A DNA stretch of 64,000 nucleotides from the NCBI RefSeq assembly GCF_001194135.2, contig NC_068981.1:56316567-56380566 (forward strand). Direction: 5' to 3'. Below, one piece after another: positions 1-11,165 of this stretch. Within the stretch, counting starts at the first letter, position 1; each line of letters starts with the position of its first letter. The position numbers and the translations under genes are program-made. The notes below the pieces were generated by a model. The model had not been told where the DNA came from, ran no database searches, and saw only the letters and a list, made by a program, of their open reading frames with translations. This DNA is from Octopus bimaculoides (lineage: Eukaryota).

Positions 1-284
1 AAAATTCAGAAAAATTGTATTACATGCGTATAAGAAGGGATGACCAACAAAGTGGACATCCTATATGCTAGAAAGAGGTCATCAACGACCCAACCACAAA
101 GAAATATTCTTTATATTTTTCATTTTGTCTTGCCCGCTGAGGCTCTGTGTTTGCTGATTTCGTTTTCTGGAGAACATTATTTTTCTTTATGGTTGGGTCG
201 TTAATGATCTTTTTCTAGCATATCAGATGTCCACTTAGTGGTCATCCCTTCTTATACGCATGTAATACAATTTTTCTGAATTTT
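1..284. repeat. Inverted repeat: arms 1-104 and 182-284, ~77 nt spacer (left arm runs off the window start)
   Basis: 1-104 (aaaattcagaaaaattgtattacatgcgtataagaagggatgacc...caaccacaaagaaa) is the reverse complement of 182-284 with few mismatches. Confidence 0.9.
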
Positions 285-379
285 CAGATTTTTTATATGC
301 TAGGCCACTTGGTCTTAAATTGATGTTAATGAAATTAATATTCAATTTATAACCCTCAATATATATATATCTATATATA

Positions 380-1247
380 TATTTATATAAAGGGCATTAT
401 TACAGAAAAATAATAACGTCACACAGTGGACTTCTCAAAATAACCACATTTAGTACCTAATGCGAGGAAAAACAACCAACAGAAGATGACCAACTTTCTT
501 TTAAATAAACTTAACCGTGTATCGACCGATTTTGCGATTACTAGAATGAATCTAGATTTCGTTCATCAGCACAGTATTGTCCCAAAAATATATATAAATA
601 AACAGAATTCTCACCTCACCAAAAACGAACACACTACGTATCCGACAGAGTAAAGGGAATGAAGTTTATCTGTATATATCTTCATCAAAGTAGCGGGAAT
701 ACTTCCGGGTTGTTTTTGGGTACCCATGTGGAGACAAGAATAAAAATTCAACATTGAATATATTCCGTGTATATAAAGATAAATAAATTCAAAAAGGGAT
801 AAAACTCTTTTACAAGAATTTTATCAAGAAGCCAGTGTGTAAAAAAATTCATAAGGGAATTTCCCTTTACTCTGTCGGATACGTAGTGTGTTCGTTTTTG
901 GTGAGGTGAGAATTCTGTTTATTTATATATATTTTTGGGACAATACTGTGCTGATGAACGAAATCTAGATTTATTCTCGTAATCGCGAAATCGGTCGATA
1001 CACAGTTAAGTTTATTTAAAAGAAAGTTGGTCATCTTCTGTTGGTTATTTTTCCTCGCATTAGGTACTAAATGTGGTTATTTTGAGAAGTCCACTGTGTG
1101 GCGTTATTATTTTTCTGTAATAATGCCCTTTATATAAATATAAACGAATAATTATACTCTTGGGAATAGAAATTTCACTTATGAATTTTTTTACACACTG
1201 GCTTCTTGATAAAATTCTTGTAAAAGAGTTTTATCCCTTTTTGAATT

Positions 1248-1248
<1 letters not shown>
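380..1248. mobile_element. Nested inverted-repeat element (B 380-660 / B' 861-1141; C 785-855 / C' 1178-1248), probably a Penelope-like terminal-repeat (pLTR) remnant
   Basis: Both arm pairs read directly as reverse complements. Bounded by (AT)n and (CT)n(AT)n. Contains a hammerhead-like motif. The PLE assignment is inferred from the inverted pLTR-like architecture plus the HHR motif; no ORF seen. Confidence 0.6.
945..1006 (+). ncRNA. Candidate minimal type I hammerhead ribozyme
   Basis: actgtg(945-950)-CTGATGA(951-957)-[958-986]-GAAA(987-990)-tcggtcga-TA(999-1000)-cacagt(1001-1006). 6-bp stem I, 4-bp stem III with 2-nt loop (ATCG-GT-CGAT), AUA triplet. Caveat: A.C instead of G-C at the base of stem II. 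Confidence 0.5.
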
Positions 1249-1325
<77 letters not shown>

Positions 1326-1754
1326 GCCACTAGTGTATATACATATACACGCACGTACACGCTCACACACACACACACACGAACACACACTCACACATAT
1401 CATATATATGTATAATTTATTACCAATTTTTCTCAGTTCTATTAATAAATTATACATGTATGCCTAATTTTTTATGGTACATCGTAATGTTGTTTTCATT
1501 GGTCATATCATCTAAGAGCAATGAAAGAATCATTTTTCTTGTGTGCCATAAACATATTTCATAGTATCACACCACTGATATAATTTCGCATATATTGCAT
1601 ACTCTATATTTTGGCACGCGTTTCTTGCCAGTGTGTTTTGCCACTGTGCTATATGGCTGAGTGGTATTTGTCTTGTATGTTTCAGTCGTGCTAATATTTG
1701 ACATCGGCTGAACAAACCTTGCTAAATAACAGGACATGGGAGCCAACGAAGCAA

Positions 1755-1940
1755 CTTCAACGTAATCGCTCGACCTGCTAGAAATAGCGTCCAAATCTCC
1801 TTGAAATTTTATCCAACCATCTAGAAAGAGATATATTAGAGAACGAAGTTCTAGATACGTAATACACGTAAAAAGACTAGCTGGTTATGGACGGGAAGCC
1901 TTTGAATATATGTTTATTCAGCCAGTGCAAATCTTCCTTC
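1755..1940 (-). mobile_element. Degenerate SINE fragment
   Basis: gctcgacctgctagaaatagc...ccaaatctcc motif; related copies at ~10250-10290 and ~22080-22130 in the opposite orientation. Confidence 0.45.
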
Positions 1941-2589
1941 CTATGCCAGTAATGATTTAGAATATTTTAGCATTTACTTATATCAATTTAATAGTTTTTA
2001 AAAATGAGGCCTAACTCTTTTGAGAGAAATCATTATATAGGTAAATTTATATTTATTAGAATTTGATATGTATGGAGGAGGTGGCTAGTGACCCATTGCT
2101 TGAAAACTATCATTAGGAAAGGTCAAGCAATTTATGCTCGTTATCACACAAGTGTGTGGTAAATAGATATTAATATTGATTAAATATCACAAATTCATTT
2201 TGTATAACTCACAATATGTTCTTGACTACAGATTTATCAAGAATAATGAACTAGAAGATTCACGTATTTAAAATCTGTAATAGTTTTTCCATAATGATAT
2301 ATAATCCACCATTCTCAAGCTTTTAAAGCCAGCTGGAATTCTCATCGAGCAGTATAGCTTTTTAAAATATTTTTTGAAAACATAATGATATTAAAAACCA
2401 TCGTCGCGTATGTTATAATTTTGTAAAAGCATAACTTTTAGGAGTAATTCCCTAAAGGTTGCTGAATAAATATTTTTGATATAAAATTGAATGAACATAC
2501 AGTTATGATTTTTTTCGATCTTATTAAACAATTTTGTTATTCTATTTAGTTAGAAGGGAAAGCTCAGTATCCATGACAATTACAGACTC

Positions 2590-2975
2590 TCACGGACTGG
2601 CGAGAGTGATACGGTTAATGTTCAGTTTGAACAACTATAGGTTGGAGGTGGGAAGGGAATTCGAAAGGATTGCGGTTATTAGAAAGAAGAATTATACGAA
2701 ATGTTTAGTGCAATATCTCTGGGGCGAAAGAAAACGGAAGAGAGAAGTAAGTTGGGACAGGGAGGAGAACACATGAAACTAGCGCGCCCAGAAGATTAGA
2801 AGCCATAGAAGTGTGGGAAAATATCACGGCTTTGAAACAGTGCTTGTAGTATATTGATGAGTGAACCTTCCAATCATGCACGGACCCGTTTTGTTGATGA
2901 TATTTATGATCGTTGGGGCATATAGCAACAGACATGTGGACTGCAATACGATGCAAGAAACAATATACTCAGGTT
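2590..2975 (-). mobile_element. Highly decayed L2/CR1-group LINE 3' end (RT C-terminus)
   Basis: Minus-strand translation across frameshifts gives YCSPHV..., SIYYKHCF and TKHFV*FFFLITAILSNSLPTSNL*LFKLNINRI, matching the 'SFFPRTAxLWNSLP...NLQxFKxNIN' C-terminal motif. Confidence 0.55.
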
Positions 2976-3032
2976 TGTGACTGGTCTAGGTTGACGTATC
3001 TATATATATATAGATACGTCAACTCAGGCCAG

Positions 3033-3175
<143 letters not shown>

Positions 3176-3571
3176 TGTTACGAAGGAGAAATAACGTCAT
3201 TGATCACGTGACTAATTTGAAGCATGCTGCACATTTTTCTTTGATTTGTGCGTCTTTGCTGTGAAGTGGACGATTTGAACTGGTAAAGGAACGCGCAGTA
3301 TCAGTTGATGGCGTAAAGAACGCAAGGGGTGTGAAGTTGGCTACGGAAGCAGTGAGTGTGAATTTGGCAACGAAGACAGTCGGTGTAAAGATGTGATGTG
3401 ACTAGTCGAAGTGAACCTGAGCGACGAAAAACCACATCACACAAGACATCCAGTCGGGTACGACTACTTTTCCCACTTTGAGCAAGTTGGCTTGCTAAGT
3501 TGACCTGCGGTCTTCCAGCTGCTGACTTGGCTGTTGGAGCCGTGTTCGTGTCAGGAGGCTGCATTTCGCAG

Positions 3572-3641
<70 letters not shown>

Positions 3642-3699
3642 ACAACAGTCCAATTATATAGCACTCAAGTTTAAATAGATACTGGTACTTGTAAGCTCC

Positions 3700-4349
3700 A
3701 TTTGTTGGGTAGTTCCTTGTTACTATTCAGAACTGCAAATATTCTGTTCTTAATGACTCATCTCAATATGTTTATAAAGAGGGCCTCCATAATTCTGTGA
3801 TTACCACTGATGCGTTGGGTGGCCCTGATGGAAACTTTAAATATTTGGGGTTTGGCACTTAAAGTGTTTCTTTATTGAGGTGTCCGTGTACATGTATGAT
3901 TTCATACGGATGTGCAATTTCCTGGTAGTGCGCCCTATGAAGGATTCCCCATACTTGTTGCAGACTACTTCGTATACCACATAGGCCCTCGAGCACGTTT
4001 TGATGCCGTTGATAGGGCAGTTGGTTAATGTGTACCTCACGATACTATCCGTGGTACTTTTCCTCCACAGATCTTTCCATAGAGATGGATCAGTGTGCAC
4101 CACCTGTATGTTGAGTCCCTCCCTGTAGATCGTATATTGAATAGTTGCAGTTGTTTTGTCGTCGAAGTAAGGCAGTTTGAAGAAGCGCTTTTCCGATTTG
4201 GGTTTATGGACATTCTTATGCGGTTTACCAACTTTCGTGCTTTGTGGATGCAGTCGTTTAGCTACAGATAACGGATTGCCGTTGTGTGCTATGTTCTTGA
4301 GGAACCGCTTGATGTTAGTCCCTTTGTCATTACTCTGAGGTTGATGCAT
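3700..4349 (-). mobile_element. Penelope-like element 3' fragment: RT thumb/linker plus GIY-YIG endonuclease (Penelope/Poseidon-like)
   Basis: ORF 3837-4349: LPYFDD...CPINGIKTCSRAYVVYEVVCNKYGESFIGRTTRKLHIRMK..., continuing after a frameshift as ...RIMEALFIN; VVY...(Y)IG.T.R.L..R is the PLE GIY-YIG signature. Confidence 0.8.
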
Positions 4350-6319
4350 AAATAAATAAAAGTAACTATAATTTGATTAGTTTAATAAATTATGCCAACT
4401 ACCTCTTCTAAAAACTTGACCTAAATCTCACTTAAAAGACAATATTCTATAAATTAAGGCAGAATTTTTCTACAGCACATATAACAATGACCAACATATG
4501 TTTCTATTGCAGCAACTACACATTGCACTGTATGCAATTATGCATCGTAATCGCTGCAATTTCATTAAGGCAGAACTGGTTGAAGCTATTTGATTCAAGA
4601 CTGCTGATTTATGCATTGATGTTTTCTATTGAAATAATCTCTTCATTGTTGTTAAAATATGCATCAATAATATTGGTATCTATAAAAACTAAGATAATTT
4701 AATCAAAAGAAATTTATTTTGTATAATTGTTTCTATATTTAGCATGTTAACAACGCAGCATGTCTTCATCTAAAGTCTTTTTGTTTGTTTTAAAGCGTCT
4801 AATGTAACATTTGATTTTATTATTTCATAATTATTTCATGATATTTCCTACATATGCCTCGCTATCAAGCATTCCCCCTCATGTCTCTTCCTCACGTTAG
4901 ATTATCATCATTATCTCTAATCATGCAGTCACAAATACTTATGACTTAATTCTCTCCGCTAATTACAGTTCCTAGACAACTATTGTCTATTATTTCTCTT
5001 TGTCAATGCTTCAAAATCAAATAGACCCATACCATCAGATTTATCTACTTCAAGCAATGATACACGTGTAAAACCGATCTGATCTTGTGTAAACCACACA
5101 ACACTATATAGCCAAACTGACAAAGGCTCATACAATCTCATCAGGTTGGTATAACTCCGTATATTATTTCATCTTTATTTTTACTTATTTTACTCATTCC
5201 TCACTTTTCTCTTTGTTTCTTTTCCTATCCCACTGTTTCATTCATTCATTCAGTTTTTAGTTCTATTTTTCCTTTCATTTTTTGCTTATTTTCTTCTTTC
5301 CATCTTTACTAATTTTGTTTCTTCCTACACTTATTTTCTCTCTCTCTCTCTCTCTCTCTCTCTAATGNNNNNNNNNNTATATATATCTGTGTGTGCGTGT
5401 GCACGTGTTTGTCTGTCCGGCTATCTTAGTTTCTCTTGTTCATTATTTCACCAGAAAGTAACTCAAGCTCTTCTCTTCCCTTTGTTATTTCGATTTCTGT
5501 TGCATGCGTAGTCCACCTTTCTACATCTGTCTCTTTTCACTCTCTTACTTTCTCCCTTTTACTATATCTTTGTTTTTCTATTCTAATGTATCTTTCTTTC
5601 TGTCTACCAGCCTGTTTCACTGTGTTGACATTCCATATTTTGCAGTGTATTCGTCATCGTCACCTTAATATAAACACACATTATTTTGCATTATCTTTAC
5701 ATTTCAAAGTTTGGCATTGGAACGCCTTTCTGTAAAGTATTCACAAGATTTGAAATATCTGAAATCAGTATCAAATTCATTACTTTCGCTGCTGTGTGCA
5801 AATCTACACATTTTCTTTTTTTTCGATATTCCTCTTTTGCACAGAACGCCATTTTCTAAGTCAATGAAGAAAGACAAGCCCACATGGAGGTGGTCGGCAA
5901 TTCCTTTTGTTCCGTTTACTTTCCAACAGAGATACTCTTGCGAGAGAAGCGGTCTCCATTCGATTACCTGTGGTCTGGATCAAAGATAGAAAAAATCTCT
6001 TTGATCTTATAGTCGCCAGGAGAACCGACGACTCACTGATCTTGATACACACACACACACACACACATACATACATATGTGTGTGTGTATGCACATATAC
6101 ATACATGCATATATATACGTTTAAGTATTTATACACGGAGAGAAAAAGATATACAGATACATAGATAGAAAGGTAAAGAGAGAAAGAGAGAGAGAGAGAG
6201 AGATAGAGAGAGGGAAGGAGGGAGAAGTAGATAGGTATGTAGATATCTAGAGAGATAGCTATGGAGAAATAGAATTGTAAACTTACCCTTTTCAGAGGGT
6301 TATGTGTGAGTATGTGTGC

Positions 6320-6542
6320 GTGTTTTCATCATCATCGTCATCCTCCCCTCCTCCTCTTCTTCCTCCTCTTCTTCTTCCTCCTCTTCTTCTTCCTCCTCTT
6401 CTTCTTCCTCCTCCTCTTCTTCCTCCTCCTCTTCTTCCTCCTCCTCTTCTTCCTCCTCCTCCCCTTCCTCCCCTTCCCCTTCCTCCCCCTCCTCCTCCTC
6501 ATCATCTATATTTATGCGACATCATCATCATCATCATCATCT
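6320..6542. repeat. (CCT/CTT)n and (CAT)n trinucleotide low-complexity tract
   Basis: Direct reading; source of the poly-S/P/L/F ORFs. Confidence 0.95.
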
Positions 6543-6740
6543 ATATGTATGCGATTTGATGGCGAACATAGGAAGTGTGCTAAGCATTTTCGGTTTCGTT
6601 ATACATAACCGAATGAATGATTTCATCTAAACAGAGAAAAGAATTCAAGGAAGAAATTTAAGAGAATTTGTTTTTCTTTTTGTTGTAAAAAAAGGAATAA
6701 ATATATTTCACTGAAGACCCCAATTTTTGCTTCTATGCAT

Positions 6741-7164
6741 TTTTTGATATATAAATAATTCAATTCCCTTATATAAAAAGCCTCATCAAAGTTATTGGTT
6801 TGTAGATAGACGAAATTCCGCGTGCAAAAATTGCTGAAATTGTAGAAAAATTAATTCAAATGCCTATGTATTATGAGCGTGAGCGTTAGCCATTCAACTA
6901 CATATCAATTACATTAAAAATTAGAAAACAACAACAAAATTACAACGGACAAAATAATTAAGTAGAATCCACAACTATCGAATTTAATTTTTAATGTAAT
7001 TGATATGTTGTTGAATGGCTAACGCTCAGACTCATAATATATGTGCACTTGAATTAATTTTTTTACAATCCAGCAATTCTTTCTCACGGAATTTCGTCTA
7101 TCTACAAACCAGTTGCCCTGATGAGGCTTATATATAAGGGAATTGAATTGTTTATATATCAAAA
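6741..7164. repeat. Fold-back palindrome (MITE-like): ~183-bp arms 6741-6923 / 6985-7164, 61-nt loop
   Basis: Manual alignment of the left arm against the reverse complement of the right arm shows roughly 85-90% identity. Confidence 0.9.
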
Positions 7165-7252
7165 CGTATATAAATCAAAACAAATTCTTGGCTTTTTTGG
7201 TTTTTTAAATAATTGTTTGTTATATTGTATTATATTCATAGTAATAATAATA

Positions 7253-7285
<33 letters not shown>

Positions 7286-7305
7286 GTGATTATGATAATA
7301 ATAAT

Positions 7306-7935
7306 AGAATATGTGGAGATCGACAAGAAACAATAAATCATATTATCTCTGGCTGCCCAGTCCTGGCTAAGAAGGAATATATTCACAGACACGACAGAGC
7401 TGGGACCTATATACACTGGAAGCTATGCCAACATTATGGAATAGCAACAGAAAAAAGATGGTATAAACACACGCAAGAAAAGGTCACAGAAAACGAGAAA
7501 GCAACCATACTCTGGGATATGCCAATACACACAGATAGAGAAATTAAGGCAAATAGACCAGATATAGTTGTCAAAGATCATGAAGAAAAAAAATGCTTTC
7601 TAATTGATGTATCAATGCNNNNNNNNNNNNNNNNNNNNNNNNNNNNNNNNNNNNNNNNNNNNNNNNNNNNNNNNNNNNNNNNNNNNNNNNNNNNNNNNNN
7701 NNNNNNNNNNNNNNNNNNNNNNNNNNATATTCAGACAAATACATAACAAAAACACCAGGACTTACAAATATATATAACATACAGAAAATTGCACTACTGG
7801 GTACTGCACACATTCTACGCAAAACACTTTCAATACAGTAAACATAAGAGCACCACAGCAAACCACAGCACATACCCAAGGCGCACAGATCTGCGCTCGG
7901 TAGTGAAGTGAAAGCACGTTATAAAAATAAAACTA

Positions 7936-7987
<52 letters not shown>

Positions 7988-8001
7988 GTTATAATAATAA
8001 T
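7306..8001 (+). mobile_element. 5'-truncated R4/Dong-like non-LTR retrotransposon (CCHC knuckle + restriction-like endonuclease, 3' UTR, (TAA)n tail)
   Basis: RICGDRQETINHIISGCPVLAKKEYIHRHD...LWDMPIHTDREIKANRPDIVV...CFLIDVS; after the gap QKIALLGTAHILRKTLS*; (TAA)n tail 7939-8001; 5' junction lies in an (AAT/GAT)n tract. Confidence 0.9.
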
Positions 8002-8014
8002 TACCTATATATGT

Positions 8015-8230
8015 ATTCTTGAGCAAAACGCTTCATCCCATGTTGCTTTGCGATCACTTCAATACCTGACGCGTAGTACATCGTTAATTTGTTCAGACGA
8101 CGTTGATACGTCGATTTGAATGAGAGAGTGAGCTAACGTGTAGCACGAAAATTTGATTACTATAAACAGATCATTTGTGCAGGTAGTTCGGCAAAAGTGA
8201 ATGCTCATACGTCGTCTTCGACGGGAGAGT
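8015..8230 (+). mobile_element. SINE body fragment
   Basis: ttcttgagcaaaacgcttcatcccatgttgct resembles the ttgagcaaaa...cttcatttcacgttgct segment of the SINEs at 37494-37693 and 25711-26000. Confidence 0.4.
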
Positions 8231-9519
8231 CCATTATCTATATATTAATTATAGATATTCTCCCCCCCCTCTCTCTTTAAGTTTCCATCAATGCATGAAA
8301 CTTTATTAGTTATTAATGTTGCACCTTTGAGCCTGTGGAGTGAAGTTTCCACAGACGTAACAGAAGATATCGGGGTTATTACAGCACATCCTTCTTTTTG
8401 ATGTTATATCCATAACTAGATCACAGTGGTTCAGTTACACAGCTGAAATGAAGGGCTTTAAAGCAAAACTTAGCTTGAACATATTCAAAATTAGCATGAC
8501 AATCCAGTCAATAGTCCCACAAATAGTGGTGTAAAGTTAGCTTTTGGTATGCTCAAGTTAAATAAAGGTATATATCGATGGCACCAAAATGCCAATTTTG
8601 GAACCAGCAGCCAAAAATTAGTCTAAAACAGCTATAAGGTTGTATGCCAGAAAATAAAACTTTTCATTTTGTTGACTAGTGTTAGCGATACATTCGCATG
8701 AAACCATTGGTATCTTAATGACAACATTCTATTATTAATATATTTCGCGCACACGCATTCACGCACACACATATATTCATACATACGCACACATACGTAC
8801 ACAGGAACACGTGTTTCTGTATGCGCATATGTGTATGTCTGTTTAAGTGTGTGTTCATATCATTAGTTGCTTGCATGTAATGGGCACCTAGAAAAGAAAT
8901 ACTTTTTTGGTATACATTTCCATACGTGGTAAATTTCTTTAAAGAGTAATTCAATTGATATATATATTGACGAACTGAGTGCTAGATGAAATATTAAGTT
9001 CAATGTTACCAGCTAAAACTCTTGAAAGCCGTGTCCAATCAACTGAAACCAAATCAAGTAGAAAAAAAATGAAATATTAAGTCTAGGAAATGTTTACCTG
9101 GACAATGGTAACTTAACCTTAGATTTTATTCTCTACCTCCACAATGTAGCTACTATTTACACAAACTCAGTTTTTCCTTAGTCCAAGAGAGGCAGTGTAC
9201 ATAGCCTTTGCAGACATTATCTGACCGGTGAGGTAAAATGTAGCTGGTATTCATATCGAACTTCAGGAGAATGATAATTTTAACGCAGAAATGCTAACTT
9301 CTGTGAAGACATAATTGGGTGGAATATTTAGTTCTGGAATTAAAAATACTGTCTTTGAAATGCTGCCATCTTTGATAGAGATTGAACTAGAAACTTTCGA
9401 GTGACCTTATTTCTCTGAAGTGTGGTGTAGATCGTTCGGACATGAAGACCACTACTAGAACTTGCACTGTAAATCTATTTCAAGCTGGATTTCTCTCCTG
9501 CTAGTTAGCGGCTTACAGC

Positions 9520-10230
9520 ATTCCTTTTCAGCTTCAGCTTTCGTTTCTTTTTACCCATGTCCACATTAAGTCATTCTAAACTATCTCTGACATGTTTCGT
9601 CATCATTGTTGTTTTGCGGCCTTTGATGCCGAGCTGATCTAGCAGTTGGTACACGGATGTTGCGACACACCTTCGGGCGCCAACTTTCACTCTAATCCTC
9701 TTCTATGCAACGCTACCCCTCTTTTGTTAGTTCTTCCATAAGGTCATATTTCCTCACTTTACATTCGTGTAGCTCATCTACTCAGCTCTTATAAGAGACT
9801 TTTTGTTCGACCAAGATGATTCTGTCATCTGATTTCGGTCATATTTGGGCTTTGTCCTTTCATGCAGATTAAATTCGAATAGTTTTCGCACCAGTCTTAG
9901 ACGTCTGTAGATATTCCCCATTCTACTTCAAGCCCAAGCAGATTTTGTCCTGGCATAATTTCACACCTGGGGAGTTTTGGGGACTCAAACCACTTCTTCC
10001 TTTCTGTTACAAGCATCAGGGCTGAGTTCGTAGCTTCAGAGTGCATCTGGCAACTGACTAGCTCTTCTAGCTCTCTGTTGTGTCTCCATGTGTAGCTGCC
10101 ACTGAAGAGGCTACCTTATTGGAATTAATCGCACGCTTCGTTGATATCCCAGCTATGATAAACTTGTCTTTGTCTTTGGCATTGTATATCAGCGACTAAA
10201 TTATACCTCATGTGTTCTTCGTTTTTTAAG
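9520..10230 (-). mobile_element. Decayed HERO/NeSL-like RLE non-LTR retrotransposon 3' fragment
   Basis: Minus-strand frames give YTWRHNRELEEL, IILVEQKVSY...DELHECKVRKYDL.EEL...G and RVKVGARRCVATSVYQLLDQLGIKGR, matching the YTWRHNxVL and VEVGARGFVA motifs of HERO-type RLE domains. Confidence 0.7.
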
Positions 10231-10943
10231 GCAGCAGTGCACGACATGTGGGAGTTTGGCTGCTATTCTTAGCAGTTTAAACGACCACATACAGGCCTTC
10301 CAGTGAATCGAAATGGAAAGTCCTCAGATAATGAGGCCAGACATGATTAAGCCTCACAAAGCAATAATCATGAGCGTGATTGTCGATGTGTTTCTTTGAT
10401 ATGTGTATTGACTATTCTCTGATGATGATAATGCAAAGTATTTACTAACTGTTTGGATAGAGTTGTGTTGTTTTGGTGGGGATAGCATTTTAGAATGTTT
10501 GTTTGTTTTCTGTGCTTGCATATGTGTATAGCAACACTTTTGTTACTGAAACTGAAGCAATATTCCAATGAAAGACTCATTTGAATTCTGCACTGATCAA
10601 AGCTACAATATCTTTATAGTCCTGAAATTTTACACAAACCTTTGAGAGGCAGTTTTTACAGTGTTGATTATCTGAAATTCAAGATGAGTTTCATGCATTG
10701 ATGGAAACTTAGGTGTTGAGTTTAGTGGAAGTGATTTGAGGTGGGATCGGAAGGGGGCTCTAAAAACTGGATAATCTATCTGCCAGTAATTAGAGGGCAT
10801 GGAACATCGATACTTGCAGCTTGGTTACAGCAATCACGGTGGGACATCGAGGATATCCAGTCATTACTCATATTATTACTCAAGACATTATTCACGAGAG
10901 CAAAGACCTAAGATTTATTTGCTAAGGACCATCGTCAGATGAC

Positions 10944-11165
10944 CTATGATGATGATAATGATGATGGTGACCGTGGTGGTGGTGGTGGTGATGATAGTGG
11001 TGGTGGAGGTTGTAGGGGTGGTGGTGATAATTATGATGATGGTAATGGTGGTGATGATGATGATGGTAGTGGTGATGATGTTGATGATGGTATTGGTGTT
11101 AGTGGTGATGTAGCTTGTGGGGGTGGTAATGATAATTATAATGATGTTAATAATGATAATGATGT
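10944..11165. repeat. (GGT)/(GAT)n low-complexity tract
   Basis: Direct reading; source of the Gly/Asp-rich ORF. Confidence 0.9.

Noticed and set aside
5700-6300. Minus-strand gene start (donor AGG|gtaagt near 6288; small ORF MAFCAKEEY...)
   Set aside because: Upstream segment is microsatellite and closed in all frames; the ORF is ~51 aa with no recognisable motif.
7090-7150. CTGATGA at 7118 as a hammerhead core
   Set aside because: No GAAA after a closed stem II and no stem I; both palindrome arms share the non-canonical sequence.
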